From Eledone cirrhosa (Eukaryota), in NCBI GenBank assembly GCA_964016885.1, contig OZ024742.1, forward strand, positions 144,646,001 to 144,710,000: a stretch of 64,000 nucleotides of DNA, read 5' to 3'. The notes beneath the pieces were generated by a model. The model was not told the origin of the DNA and did not search any database. It saw nothing but the letters and a program-made list of their open reading frames with translations. Positions 36,780 to 51,073 of the stretch are shown piece after piece (position 1 is the stretch's first letter; the number at the start of each line of letters is the position of its first letter). The translations under genes and the position numbers were made by a program.

Positions 36780-38300
36780 ACTAATGCTGCAAAGCCTCTC
36801 ATCCGTCAGTTTAACAATTTTTTCCAGCAATGCACTGTCCTAAACAGAAGAGTAGCGATGAGGTGACAATAGTGAAACTGCCAAAAGTAGGAAATACAAC
36901 CGATTGTAACAACTGGCACGGTGTTACATATTTGTCAGCCCCAAGGAAGGTCCCTTGTAGTGTGCTACTAGGGTGACCTTGTAGCGCCATTGATCCATGA
37001 CTACGAGAAGAACAAGCAAGATTCAGGAAAGGTTGATCCGATATTCCGAATTGTGAAGATTTGTTCACAATACATCATATCATCGAGCAATTTCTAGAGT
37101 TCCGGCGTCAATTTCCTCGTTGTTGCTTCGTTTTCACGAATTTAAACTGAGTACCAGATTGGCGGCTATGTTTTATCAATTTTCAGTTGAAGTTATTTCA
37201 TAAATGCAATCACAAATTCTATCGTGATAGATTCTTCCCTCGCATATCTCGTCTATGAAATTTTCTCCCGGCTTCTTTCTTTCCTGACGACTACAATTTA
37301 CCAAAATTCAAAAGCAACATCAATCACCATCTCTCTCCTTGAATTATGTTCTCTCTGTCTTGTTCTTTTCCCTTCTCTGTCAACCCGTGCATTTTAGTGG
37401 TTTGAGACTTGCTTAGGTTGAGTTAATTAAATCAGTTATTGATTTCAAAAGAGCTTTCCGTAGCGTTTATCAGGACTCCTGATGAAACATTGCAAAGTGC
37501 TACGGACTCCGGAGAACTAAATTGAAAACTTTCAAAATGTCTAGTTTAGTTTCTATGTGAAGACGAAAAATGAAAATACTATGCGCCACCATTGGTATTG
37601 GTTTGTGCTACATTCTGTCGTCTGTCCTCTTTCTACTAACCATCGATTTCATAATAAGAAACGCAGCCGACAACACTAAATATAGTATCCAGCAGAAAGA
37701 TCAGAGGCGGTTGAATGACCTGGACCTCATTGAAGATATGTTGGAGCAATCCATGGATATTCCTCAGTAACCGAATGAAGTAGTGAAGAAAATAGGACCG
37801 AGAATAAATGCATAAAAAAATATAGATCGACCAAAAAACAGACAGCCTCCAGTTTATGACTGCAAAACAGGTTGTTGAAGGTGTGAGTCGACTTTCATTC
37901 CTTGTCAGGTTATCCGTGCGATGATGGAGATGCAAACAACGATGTCAAAAGCAGAATCGGAAAGGCGACAGCAATAGTTCAGCGAATGTACAAAATCTGG
38001 TCTGTCAACACCCTAGACAACAACATTAAGATCCGCATGTACAGTGCAACGTGGAAGGAGAATGAAAATCATCAATATTTTTTATATCTTTCACCAAATC
38101 TGATCGTGGAAAATTCCAAATATTTCCTACTATGAAAATCTTAGGACGCGTGTCGTTACAAAGTCTCCAAAAATTAGTGACGGAACAAAGATTCAACTGG
38201 CTAGTTACGTTCTAGGCAGATCATTAGTATGTAAAACTAGCCTTATGACGGAGAGAGAGAAGTCGAGTAGATCGCAGTTACATGGCATCGAACTTTTCAT
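36780..38300 (+). mobile_element. Decayed RTE-clade LINE RT region, interrupted at about 37110-37430
   Basis: IVKLPK.G...DCNNW.G, LREEQA.FRKG, IDFKRAF, DVKSRIGKA motifs in broken frames. Confidence 0.75.
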
Positions 38301-38789
38301 GTGAACATGAAGGTCTCAACAAATACAATGTAATATACAACACTCAGCCAATCGAAAATATTAAAGGACAACTGATATTTGTTGTACGGGCTTGCACGAA
38401 ATAGACTGATTGAAAGGGTGAAAAGCAAAGTTTAACTCGGTGGCTCTTGAAACAAAAGGCCCTAACAAATGTAAGGTATGTTGCCCTCCACTTTAACGAT
38501 TCGGCCAATTTTCCGTCTTTAATTAAATTCTCGTTAATTTGATTGTACACGCCATAAAGATAATATTGATTTCTTGCTATGATAATAATCTTTTGAGTTG
38601 TCACAGTACTTGTTTCTTGTATTTCTTCTTCTTCATATAAATCTCGATAGATTATGCAGAAGCTGAAACGTTTGTGATACTAAACTGTCTAAAACAGCTC
38701 ATCCCTTTTCTTGTGTGTATAACCATCACACCGGCTCTTTGAATATTCTCAATCTCCTAACACAGCAGTTATTCAAATAATGCCGTACC

Positions 38790-40360
38790 TTTATTAATAT
38801 ATCTTTCTGACCCTAATCCACTCCATCATTACAAAACAGCACATCAATATAGCAAACAAGAGCTTCATTTGACAACTCCATAAATGTCGAAATCTTTCTC
38901 TATATAGTGCTTTCTCTCAACAAATACTGAATGCGAATATATGTACTATGCAAGGACAATCAACTGTCTTAGGTTTATGGCTGTCCTTGAACTGCATGCT
39001 GCAGATAACAAACAACTGGATACCTTGCTTCATGCTGTGATCAACTTCATAGGAAAATCTAATATGAAATTTCGTTTGGAAAAACACGTCAAAGGAGTGA
39101 TGACAAATAATAAATACCAGTTAATATCATGTACATAAAGAAACAAACTTGAACATATTTAAGAAACATTCAATTTCATAGTATACAGATGTAAGTACAT
39201 TTTAAGGAGGAGTGTTATAAACACATTAAATAAATAATTTAAAATTAAGCGAAATGCCAAAACAATAATCTAATGTGTATTAATACTGTAAATGCTTAAT
39301 TAATAGATTACAGTTAAGATATCTTTAACTGGAAGCTGAATGAATTAATCAGACGAGATAAAAAAAAAACAAATAAAAAATAACAAAACAAAACAATAAA
39401 TTAATGATAACCTTTAGAAAACACCACCCAAAACTCGAAATAGAAAATATATATTTAGGTCAACACACACAGTTAGAAAGGTCTTTTGTAATTAGATACC
39501 TTATCGAATATCTACTATAGGACGAAAAAATTAGCTAGCAAAAAATACAACATAAAACTAATGTAAATTACTACAAAGTCTTTACAAAATAAAAAGAAAA
39601 GCTGCTTTTTATGAGGGTGGAGTAACAATAACAAAAACTTACAAACTACAAACTGTACTGAAAATATGCTAAGACGTTACCGAGAAAAAAACCCTCTAAA
39701 AGGCCAAATCCCGACGCGACAGCAAAATAAATGTAATCAATAAAAGATCACATGTCTTAGAGCTGAGGGCAAATGGTTTATGATTGTAGAGCAAAATAAA
39801 AGCCTTCCCACTGAAAAGACCTATGTCAAAGAAAATGGAAAAAAGTAACTGTTGTATGTGTGGACGTTGTGAAGAAACAACAAATCACATTCTTTCTGAT
39901 TATTCGGTCTTGAATAAAACAGACAGGGCACAAATGTTTCAGACATTCGAAACTATGGAACTTACACAGAAAATATATAAACCCACATTGGGAAAGATCT
40001 CGAGGAATTTCAAAGTAACCCCAATCCGGGATATGCCAATTCACACAGGCAAAGAGATTAAGGCAAATATACAAGACACTATTGTTAAGGACCGCTAGAA
40101 AAATATCCTTAGTGACGTAGCAATTCCAACAATACATATCTGAAAGAGTTATATACAAATATAATAGCTTCGAACTAGAAATAATTAGGATGTGGAGAAT
40201 AAAAACATCAACAATCTCTATAATAGTGAAGGATTTAGGAATAGTAAAAAAATGGTACAGTTATATCTATAAATAATATTCTCAGAAATTACATACATAC
40301 ATAACATGTAGTAAATAGAACTGTTAAGCCCTATATATTGATAACGTAGAGACATAAGCG
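38790..40360 (+). mobile_element. Decayed R4/Dong-like non-LTR element (RT C-terminus, CCHC and restriction-like endonuclease)
   Basis: INCLRFMAVLELHA...NMKFRLEK (cf. HLLYMDDLKLYA...MxFGLDK), CMCGRCEETTNHILS, DMPIHTGKEIKANIQDTIV (cf. WD..I.TD..I.ANRPDIV). Confidence 0.75.
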
Positions 40361-40526
40361 AATACCTAATTGAAAAATCTATGCTTCTGACATATAAATC
40401 TCGCACGTATAGATCTGCACTTGACAAGATACCTTCCTCAGTGACTTACAAATTGTTTGATGATATAGATAACAAAGTAGGGACTATCGTTATTCAGGAA
40501 AGACAAAATGGACTGATATAAACAAC

Positions 40527-40950
40527 GGGTGATTGGCAGTATCAGTAGAAGGTCGGACGCCATGCTTTGCAGCATAGAGTTACGCTCCTTTATGGTCTGA
40601 GGTCAAATACCGCCGAGGTTAACTTTGCCTTTCATCCTTACGGGGTTGATAAAATAAAGCACCAGTAATGAACTGGCATAATTGCTGGCCTTGTGCCAAA
40701 AGTAGAAACAATTATGTATTTTATTATGTGATGACAGAAGAGTAGTAGACTGTCAGAATCGTTAGAGACTCAGACAAATTGCTTTGTAGTATTTGTTCCA
40801 TCCCTTTATGTTCTGGGCTCAAATCCCGTTACGGTCAATTTTGACTGTCATATTTCAGAGGATCGATAAAAGAAAGTACCAATCATGTACTAGGATTGAA
40901 TTACTCCTCCCTTCAAATTGCTGGCCTTGAACCAAAATTAGAAATCAACA
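40527..40950 (+). mobile_element. tRNA-derived SINE followed by an older diverged copy
   Basis: Family motifs at 40527-40715. Diverged copy at about 40740-40950. Confidence 0.85.
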
Positions 40951-42208
40951 TTTGATGTTAGAACTGCTGACGAGGTTGCGAGGTGGGAACAGAAGTGATT
41001 CCTGAGATATCAGGTAACAGGTGATATATCTGGAAGTAAATGATCTTTACCTCTAACACATCTGACGCAGCGAAACGAGTGAGTGATATTATGCTTAAAG
41101 ACATTTCTTACTACATGGCCAACATAACGAAATCCCAGAACCATTCAACCCTCTGCATTTCATAGGCATACACGCGCCTGGAATCTCTTTCTCTACTACT
41201 CCTCCCTCCCTACAACGTGCACACAGGTTGCCAGGTGCAAGGCAAATGCACTGGCACTCCAATTCAAAGTCACTAACTCTCATGGTATCTGTTACAATAC
41301 TTGCAAAGAGTGCACTATCGATTAGCTCCTATCCTCATCAAACTTCCCCGGAATCGTTTAACTTTCTATCCTAGTCACACAAAAGGAAATTTCTTTTACT
41401 CAGCTTTCTACCAGCTTATCACTCTCATTTCCAACATCTCAAAGGCGAGGAAGACAATTGTGGAATAAACAACTGTTTCTTATTGTAATGGATCTGCAGT
41501 CTTCGTCATATCGCAATGATCTCTAGTTCATGGGAATTTAGGCAAAAGCAATATTGTGAACCACCTCATGCAAGAGTTAGTTTAATTGTTAGGACGTTTC
41601 GTTATGGCATTCGCCAACAGGCTCTCTTCATTCCGTAGTATACCAAATCTAGTGCATTTTAAGATTCAGTTATATATTCAACATTTTGCCGTGTGTATAT
41701 TAATAGTCGATACACTATGCGTTTTAAGAAACCTCATTCACATGCAAAAGTTAGTTTTTTTCCTTCGATAATCTTTCGCACACAGATGTCACCCATCACC
41801 TCTTCATCAACTCACGCAACTTTGTGCGATACCCAAGAACAGAAACCATGGAAATATTCTCCAATTGTTTAGTGCATTACAAAATCAATTTTTATAGATT
41901 TCATCGATACAATTTTTCGACAACCCCTTCCTGTGTATGAATAACACAACTAAAACCTTAAACTATTCTACAAATGCTCGGCCTTGTAATCTCTGGTTAT
42001 ATTACATGGCGGCCAAACATCCTAAATGTTAGACTTCTATAAAAAGAAAATACTGCAGCCCTGATGAGTTCAGAATCATTAGCTAAAAAAATACACATAT
42101 TGAAATACATCTCACATATATGGGACACTGTTGTTGCTTTACAGACAGACACACACACACATACACACACACACACACATACACACACACATACATTCAC
42201 ATACATGC

Positions 42209-42258
<50 letters not shown>

Positions 42259-42259
42259 G

Positions 42260-42420
42260 GAAACAGATTAAATCTCTAATCTGTCCGAGAGATGAAATAG
42301 TTATTGAGACGGTCTGTATATATATTCTATATCTTCCGTTTGCTTCAGGTTAAATTTATCAAACCAATGTGGTATTTCAACCCTCGTAATTTTAGACACA
42401 CAATTTACTGTGTTTATTTC
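42260..42420 (+). mobile_element. PLE-pLTR-like fragment beginning at a hammerhead 3' half (second copy at 54250-54406, minus strand)
   Basis: GAAA-CAGATTA aatctc TAATCTG-TC stem III/GUC. Clear similarity to the reverse complement of 54250-54406. (TA)n flanks. Confidence 0.6.
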
Positions 42421-42440
42421 TATATATATTATTATATAAT

Positions 42441-42615
42441 TGTTTCTACTTTAGGCACAAGGCCAGCAATTACCCAGTGGATTACTGGTACTTTATTTTA
42501 TCGACCTCGTAAGGATGAAAGGCAAAGTCAACCTCGGCGGGATTTGAACTCAGACCGTAAACTATGCTGGAAAGCATGGCGTCCGACTCTCTACTGATAC
42601 TGCCAATCCACCGCC
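42441..42615 (-). mobile_element. tRNA-derived SINE with 16-bp TSD
   Basis: TATATTATTATATAAT at 42425-40 and 42619-34. Confidence 0.92.
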
Positions 42616-43699
42616 ATGTATATTATTATATAATGCTCAGTATTTATACTTTGAGCTTGTTAATTACAGGGTATCAATATGAGTTAGAAACTCTGTATTT
42701 TATTTGTATATACATACATACATATATATACACTAACATTCTAGAGATCACTTCTTTAAAAAGGCCTTGAGATTCAAATTAACTCAGTACATTCAATAGT
42801 CCACAAACAGGTGGCTGTCTTTCTCGGTGCTAGCTATTGTAAACCCATTAGTATCAGTTCTTCTGAAAGCAAGCTGAATCCCCATTAATCTCCCATTAAA
42901 TCCTATCCGATATTTTTACTGACTCTCACCTAACAGATCGTGCACTAAATATACTTTCCTTCGTCAGCCCATCCTGTATTCATTCACTGCCCGAAACCTA
43001 ACCGGCTCAATAAGTAAGAGAGGTTTTTCAGAAGATTTAGATTACCCCACGACGATTAAACTGATACTACAAACAGGCAGTAAAAGGTTGGTGGTGGGTT
43101 AAATAACCTGTAGATAAAATGACTCGACTATTGAAGACTCACATGGCATGTTCCATCATTTTTGCATTCTAGACTCGAAAATAATTATTTCACCAAACCT
43201 GATGTTTTGGTGAATCAAATCGTCATATAGTCAAACGATTTATTCCCCTTTTTTCCTATCGTTATTACATTGGCTTACGCTGCATACTATTTATTCTTCA
43301 TAGAATAATATCTCCACTGAGTTTCACCTTCTTTATCGTGCATCAAACACTTTGTTCAAACTGAGTTAAAGTGATTATTGAAATTGATCATTTCTAAGAA
43401 AAATCGTTATTTATAAATGCTTCTAAGATACCATGTAACCATAGTGATAATGGTGTTTTTCTTCTTTTAACTAACCCACAGGTCAGCTCTGATCAAGCAG
43501 AGCTATGATCAAAAGCATTCCAACTATAGCCATCTTGTCTTTTTATGGATATCTAGGACTACATTACGCAATTTTATTTTTTAAACAAGGTCGTCTGATA
43601 TTTCAAGCTCCTATTTTTAGCAGGTCAAGCGAATACGAAGGAGCACCATTTCATATCTAAGGCTGGATTTAAATTCAATATTGTTTATTAATAGAAATC

Positions 43700-44240
43700 T
43701 GAGTCACTTCTGTGTTGAAGAGGACCTCACTGTTCTCTAGTATGCAGCCTACAAACGCAACTGGGACAACATCAAATACAGTTTAACTAGGACGAGGATC
43801 TAGACTTTCCTAGATCAACACCGTCTCACTGCCTTCCGGTGTGCATCGAAGCCAAACTGCGGCTCGTGACACAATTTGGTGGCCTCTTCAATCTTTTTTT
43901 TATGATGAGTGCACCTGCATCGGAATAGCCTTGTGGCATGGCCTCCACGTTTGTGAGTCATACAAATGAAGTTACAGAACCACTGTTTACCAAGTGGAAC
44001 AACCGCCTCAACGCAGGTCGATTCCTTCAGCACGCTCTCAGAATCCTTGATGCGACCGGTTTCTCACCACAAATAGAGTCTTTCGGCTTCGACTGCAGTA
44101 AAGGTAGTGCCTAGACTGGATAAACATTTTCCCGCTTGAAGGGTTAAGTCGTCACTCATCGTATGTATACACCATATATATTTTCTGCTTTCGCTCGCTG
44201 GAAAACTTTAACTAACGAGCGTATTGTTCCCTAACTGCGA
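43700..44240 (-). mobile_element. Decayed RTE-like LINE fragment
   Basis: Weak similarity of broken frames to the RTE post-RT region (F.YLGS and N.EVL-like motifs). Confidence 0.35.
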
Positions 44241-44449
44241 CACACACACACAAACACACACAAACACACACACACACACACACATATATATATTGTAGCA
44301 CCCCACCAAACACATGCATACACATACATACATACTGACAGACGCACAACAGCCCACACATATACAAAAACACATAAACACACACACGCATATTTATATA
44401 TATTTATTTATTTATCTTGAAAGACTTTTCTTTGTCAGGATAAATTGTC

Positions 44450-44496
<47 letters not shown>

Positions 44497-44519
44497 TGTA
44501 TATATAGTGTATTTTGCAA

Positions 44520-44921
<402 letters not shown>

Positions 44922-46813
44922 AAAATGAGGTTTTTTCAATGAAAAAAAAACGAGATATCCTACACGAGTGAAAGAATAAGGAAAAGAAATCGATAATGCA
45001 ACTGGAGTCTTTTTAAGAATATTTATTTGTATATATTTATTTAAGCTATATTTTCTTGATAAATTCATGAAGTATATATAAACTAGTCTTGTATTATATT
45101 GTGAAGAGGCGCCGTTTAGCCAGTAGGTGTTAGTTTCTATGCAACATATAGAATAAAGCATTTCAGAACATAATAAAGCGAAATGACCCCACTCTTCTAT
45201 CAACTTTCGTTAGTACGCTGAACTTATTTTTTAAAACACCGGTCCGTACTGAAATGCATGAGGATCTGATTTTGAGCTCAGAAAGCAAGAAGCCGGAAGA
45301 GGTACCACAAAGCCCCTCCTTCGATGCTTTAACTGTTTCGCCAATCCACTGCCAAACTTAAGTTCAGCGAGTGTGAACTCAGAGAGCGGGAACAAATACT
45401 CAAATCATGTATTCTATCTGAAGTTGTAAAGCCCATTCGCCACCTTTAGGTGATAATTTAAAGTTGATTATCACAATCGTCAATCAGGGATTAAATTCCT
45501 TCTGTTCACCAGTGAAAGATCGAAAGGTTATAATAGTTATTAGTATATACATCAGTCGCGAATGGATGAAAGACAAAGTTAATCTCGACAGGATTTGAAC
45601 TCAGAGCACAGACAGCTGGAACAAGTATTATATTCTATCCGACGATCTAAGGACACCACTTCAAAGTGATAATTTAAAGCTGATTATCCATAATTTTCTC
45701 TTAGGAAATTAACCCAAACTCCTTTTGTTTACCAATAAAATATGAAAAGATTAGTACTCCATTACGTTACTATGCCGAAAGCTGATGTTCTACAATTGAC
45801 AGAGAGAGAATTGAAGTCTCATTGCTGGATATTTTATGATTGTAAAGAAAAACAAAAACAAAAAGCTCACACACTTTCACCTAAATTATTCACTCTTCCA
45901 TTCAATATCTATTCCAGACATTACTTGCCTATATTTCTCTCTCCTCTCTATCTCCCGCTCTCTCTTAACATCTCTACCCCTCCAGCTATTTACGGTCTCT
46001 ATCCCCCCCTCCCTCTCTCTCTCTTTCTCTCTCACTCTCTCTCTAGTCTCTACGCTTTTCTTCTCCTTTCTCCGTGGCTTCTACTCTTCTCTTTCTTCCT
46101 TTACGGTCTCAACTCTTTTCTCCCTTTCACTACGGCCTCTACTCTTCAATCTCTCTCCCTCTCCCTACAGCCTTCAACCCACTCTCTACACCTTCTAGTA
46201 TCTCTCTCCTCGCCCTCAATCTCCTTTCATTCTTTCCCGCTCACTACTCACTCTACACTTTCTCTCTTCTCCCTTTTCTACCTATATTTGATTCACCAAC
46301 CCCGCTTCTCTCATAGTACCATCTCTTTTCTTTCTTAACTCTCTCATTCTATCTCCCTTTCTCTATCGCCCTCCTTCTTTCTTTCCTTTTTTCTCTCTCT
46401 TTCTTTCTTTCCAATTTCCAAAAACAAAGAACATCGACTGAGTAGCCTATTCTCTTCAAATAAATGTCTTGTCTTATAAAGTAAACTTTGTTGGATGTTC
46501 TTACAATACTACTGCTACAATTGATATTCTTAATCACCATAATCTTCACCACCATCATCATCATCATTATCATTATCACCATCATAATCTCATAATCAGC
46601 AGCAGTAACAGCAACATCAACATCGTTCTTCTTCTGATACACGTCCAATCCCACTTTATATCTTTATCACTTTCTCACTCTTGACATCAGGCTTAAGAGT
46701 TGTTAAACGTTTGTTTCAAATACTGAACCATTTCATTTTCCCTGTTCCGGAGCGTGACATCTTATCGAGACGTCATATCAACATCACATCATAGTGTTCC
46801 TAGAAGTTTCTTG

Positions 46814-46845
<32 letters not shown>

Positions 46846-47236
46846 GGTGGTGGAGGTGGTGGTGGTGGTGTTCTTCTTCAGTAAGAATAAAAAAAAAAAA
46901 GAATGAAATGGAGTAGAAACAACAAGAAAGAAAGAAGGAAAGAAGAATAAGCCCCGTTTATTACACCGTGGAAAGAAAATTTAAAGATTATTTGCTTCCT
47001 GTTTCCTTGTCTCATGACGTCTTGGAACTAGAACGAGAGAAGAGACAAACTTCACGATAGAAGAAACTTAAAACATACATAGCAACCTCCCCAAAAGAAA
47101 AGCAAAGACAGTAAAAAAATTCCCATCCATCGAAAAAATAGTATGAAAAGCAGAAGAATGACTCTATATCTGTCTATCTATCTATTTCACTTTCACACTC
47201 TCTCTTTCTCTCTCCTGCCTCTCTCTCTTACCCACA

Positions 47237-47341
<105 letters not shown>

Positions 47342-47409
47342 CATACATATATATATATATAAATACATACACACATATATATATACATACATACATACAT
47401 ACATACATA

Positions 47410-47451
<42 letters not shown>

Positions 47452-48051
47452 CATACATACATACATACATACATACATACATACATACATACATACATAC
47501 ATACATACATACATACATACATACACACACGCACAAGTATATTTGGGATTGCGTTCTGATTTTTTGTAGCTTTTGGATATGTGAGAACATATAGACAACG
47601 GAGAACTAAGTTATTGGTAAAAGTCCAAAAAATGGAAAATAAAAATGTCAGCCATTTGAGTAAATTAACTTTATGGTTGCGAATGATTTCTGTTTACTTG
47701 CATTTACATACTTAGTTGGAAAAGCTGTGTATTTGAGGAAGAGATGCTTTATAAATGGTGGTTGTGGTGGTTGTGGTGGTTGTGGTGGTGGTTGTGGTGG
47801 TGGTTGTGGTTGTGTTGGTGGTGGAGAGTCAAGTTGCATTTTTACTGCAATGCGTTGTGATAAGTAGATTGTTTCTGCAGCTATGGGATGCAGCATAGTC
47901 CAGTGTTGCTATACAAAGAGTGATGAGGGAGAGAAAGAGAAAGAGAGAGAGGGATGGGGTGAAGGAGAGAGAAAGAGAGTGAGGATACATGTTTCATTTA
48001 TGTGTGTGTATATATATATATATACATACATACATATATATATATACATAC

Positions 48052-48142
<91 letters not shown>

Positions 48143-48308
48143 CACATATATATATATATACACATATATATATATATACATATATATATATACACACACA
48201 AATGTATATATGTGTGTGTGTGAGTGTGTGTGTGTGTGGTGTGTGTTTGCGTATTTGTGTGTGTGTATTTGTGTGTGTGTATTTGTGTGTGTGTGTGTGT
48301 GTGGGTGT

Positions 48309-48350
<42 letters not shown>

Positions 48351-48618
48351 GTGCATTGTTTTATTGGTGTGAAAATATGGAAAGAGTGGTGGGGAAACAA
48401 GAAATGTGGATTGACTTATATAGCGAGAATTAGATTCTAATGGAATCCCACTGAATCATAAAATAAATTATCTTATTAGAGATAGAATGCAAGAAATGCA
48501 GATATGCGTACGCACACACACACACGCGCGCGCCCGCGTACACACATATATAGTATATATAGTTATATACATACGTATAATTCACTCCCTACATATATAT
48601 GTATATATATATATATAT

Positions 48619-48675
<57 letters not shown>

Positions 48676-48953
48676 ATGCATACATAAGTGTATAAATCTG
48701 CAACGTGGACTGCAAGACAAATGAAATATTAACCACCATTGCCAACTTCCACATCAACATTGACATTAACAGGTCCTATCATAAACACAGTTAGGGAGAC
48801 GAAAGCGTAAGTTTGTACCAAACAGTTTCTGAGTGCTGTTGCATCGTGTTTAACTGACATCTTCTGAACAGCAAGGCAGAAATGGGAACCAGATATTTAG
48901 TCAGACAAAAAGAATTAGTTCGCTCTCACAAATAGAGAGGTAGAGATAGAGAT

Positions 48954-49001
<48 letters not shown>

Positions 49002-49147
49002 TGTGTGTGTTTGTGTGTGTGTGCGGGTGTGTGTGTAAATAAATAAATTAGTGTGAGAGAGATAAAGAACGAGAGAGACGAAGAGAGAGAGAGAGAGAGA
49101 GAGAGAAAGTGTAAGGGAAAGAGAAACAGGGGAAGAGATAAAGCTTT

Positions 49148-49196
<49 letters not shown>

Positions 49197-49292
49197 CACA
49201 CAAATATATATATGCATATATATATGTGTGTGTATATATATATATATATACATACACACATACACATACAAATATATATATGTATTTATATA

Positions 49293-49342
<50 letters not shown>

Positions 49343-49364
49343 AACACACATATACACAAATATA

Positions 49365-49422
<58 letters not shown>

Positions 49423-49836
49423 CACACACACACACACACACACTGGTTATAATCTAAGTGGCAGCATTGTGCTGATTTACCTGAATATAAATTTGGAATG
49501 AGAATCTCCTCTTATATCGTTAAATGATTCTGCATGGTTACATATCGTGGAAATGTTAAGATGACAGTTCTATCGCTGGGAAATGTCACATATCATGGTC
49601 CAACGAAACATATATTATATTTCATCCAGAAAGATAGGCGTCGACACATCAGCCACAGTAATACATTCGCCTCACTACCACGTAGTTCCGATTCCGATCC
49701 TAGTGCGAGGTACCGTGGGCAAGTGATTTCTATTGTGTAAGTGAAATTTGTTAAAGGAAATTTGTGCTGAAGCGCTTCGTACTTAGATACACACACACAC
49801 ATTATATATACATATATATATATATATATGGAGCTG

Positions 49837-49945
<109 letters not shown>

Positions 49946-50136
49946 CTATGTTAATAAAAGAACAAGCTATTAATTTATTGATTTACGATCGTTTCGACGA
50001 AGTGGAAAAAGTACAAACCTTATCTCCTGGTACAAAACGCAAGATCGATCTACCGGCCTCAAAAGACGTATGTTATTCGCTGGCCTCGTTCAGAAACACC
50101 GGAGAAAATGGTGGTCATTTATTAGATAAAGAAATA

Positions 50137-50262
50137 GGGTGGTGGATTGGCAGTATCGGTAGAGGGTAGGACGCTATGTTTTGCAACATAGAGTTACGGC
50201 CCTTTATGATCTGAGTTCAAATCCCGCCGAAGTTAACTTTGCCTTTCATCCTTACGTGGTCG
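50137..50262 (+). mobile_element. 3'-truncated tRNA-derived SINE
   Basis: Family head and start of the central domain. Confidence 0.85.
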
Positions 50263-51073
50263 TAGTTTTTATTTTTTTTTTATATTTAGATTCCATCAGT
50301 ATTACTTTTAGCCACCAGTCTCATTTGATTTGATTATCGTTTTCCATAATGCATTCTAGATCGTTCTATATATTACATCATGCCTAATGGGGAGGTAATA
50401 ACGAGAAATTATTCTTTCGCAAAAATCTGGCTAACATCTTCAATCTTTGTTTTGCACAGCCTACATTTATTGTCAACTGATGACCCCCTTTCGTGCCGTA
50501 CGTATTTGGTGAGTATTTCTTGTTCCTGCTTTGCATGGAGATATCCTTCAAGGTGGGATTTTATGAACTTGTCGGAACTCCATGTCAAGGATTTAGTATG
50601 GTTTTTCCCTTCTGTGGTCCGTGTTTTTCTCTCAAGTACCCATGTACAACCTTATCAGGGAATTGATTCATTTTTTTAAATTTTGTTCGATCATTCAGTC
50701 GCGTTTTCCCATGCTCCCAAGAGAGAGATTTGTAGCAGGTTTTATTTCATGTCTCTCTTCTAGATCAGTGGCTCCCCTAACAATATTATTATTTTCATGC
50801 TCATAAACCAGGACAAGATGGCTGCTGACCTTTTTTCTTCTGATGAAGATGTTGCTTCAGTGCTATTATACGGGTTTCGTATGATATTAGTATGGATTTT
50901 AGGTTCCGGCTATCCTCCTTACGTGAGAAATATAGCCTATGTATATATGTATGTGTGTGTGCACGTATGTATGTATGCATGCATGCATGTATGCATGTAG
51001 ATAGATATATGTGTGTGTGTATGCATGCATGTATGATTGTATGTATGTATAAATGTATGTATGTTTACATATA

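Noticed and set aside
46740-47030. CRE-like (TGACGTC) and ETS-like (CTTCCTG) motifs
   Set aside because: Short motifs expected by chance, with no associated transcription unit visible.
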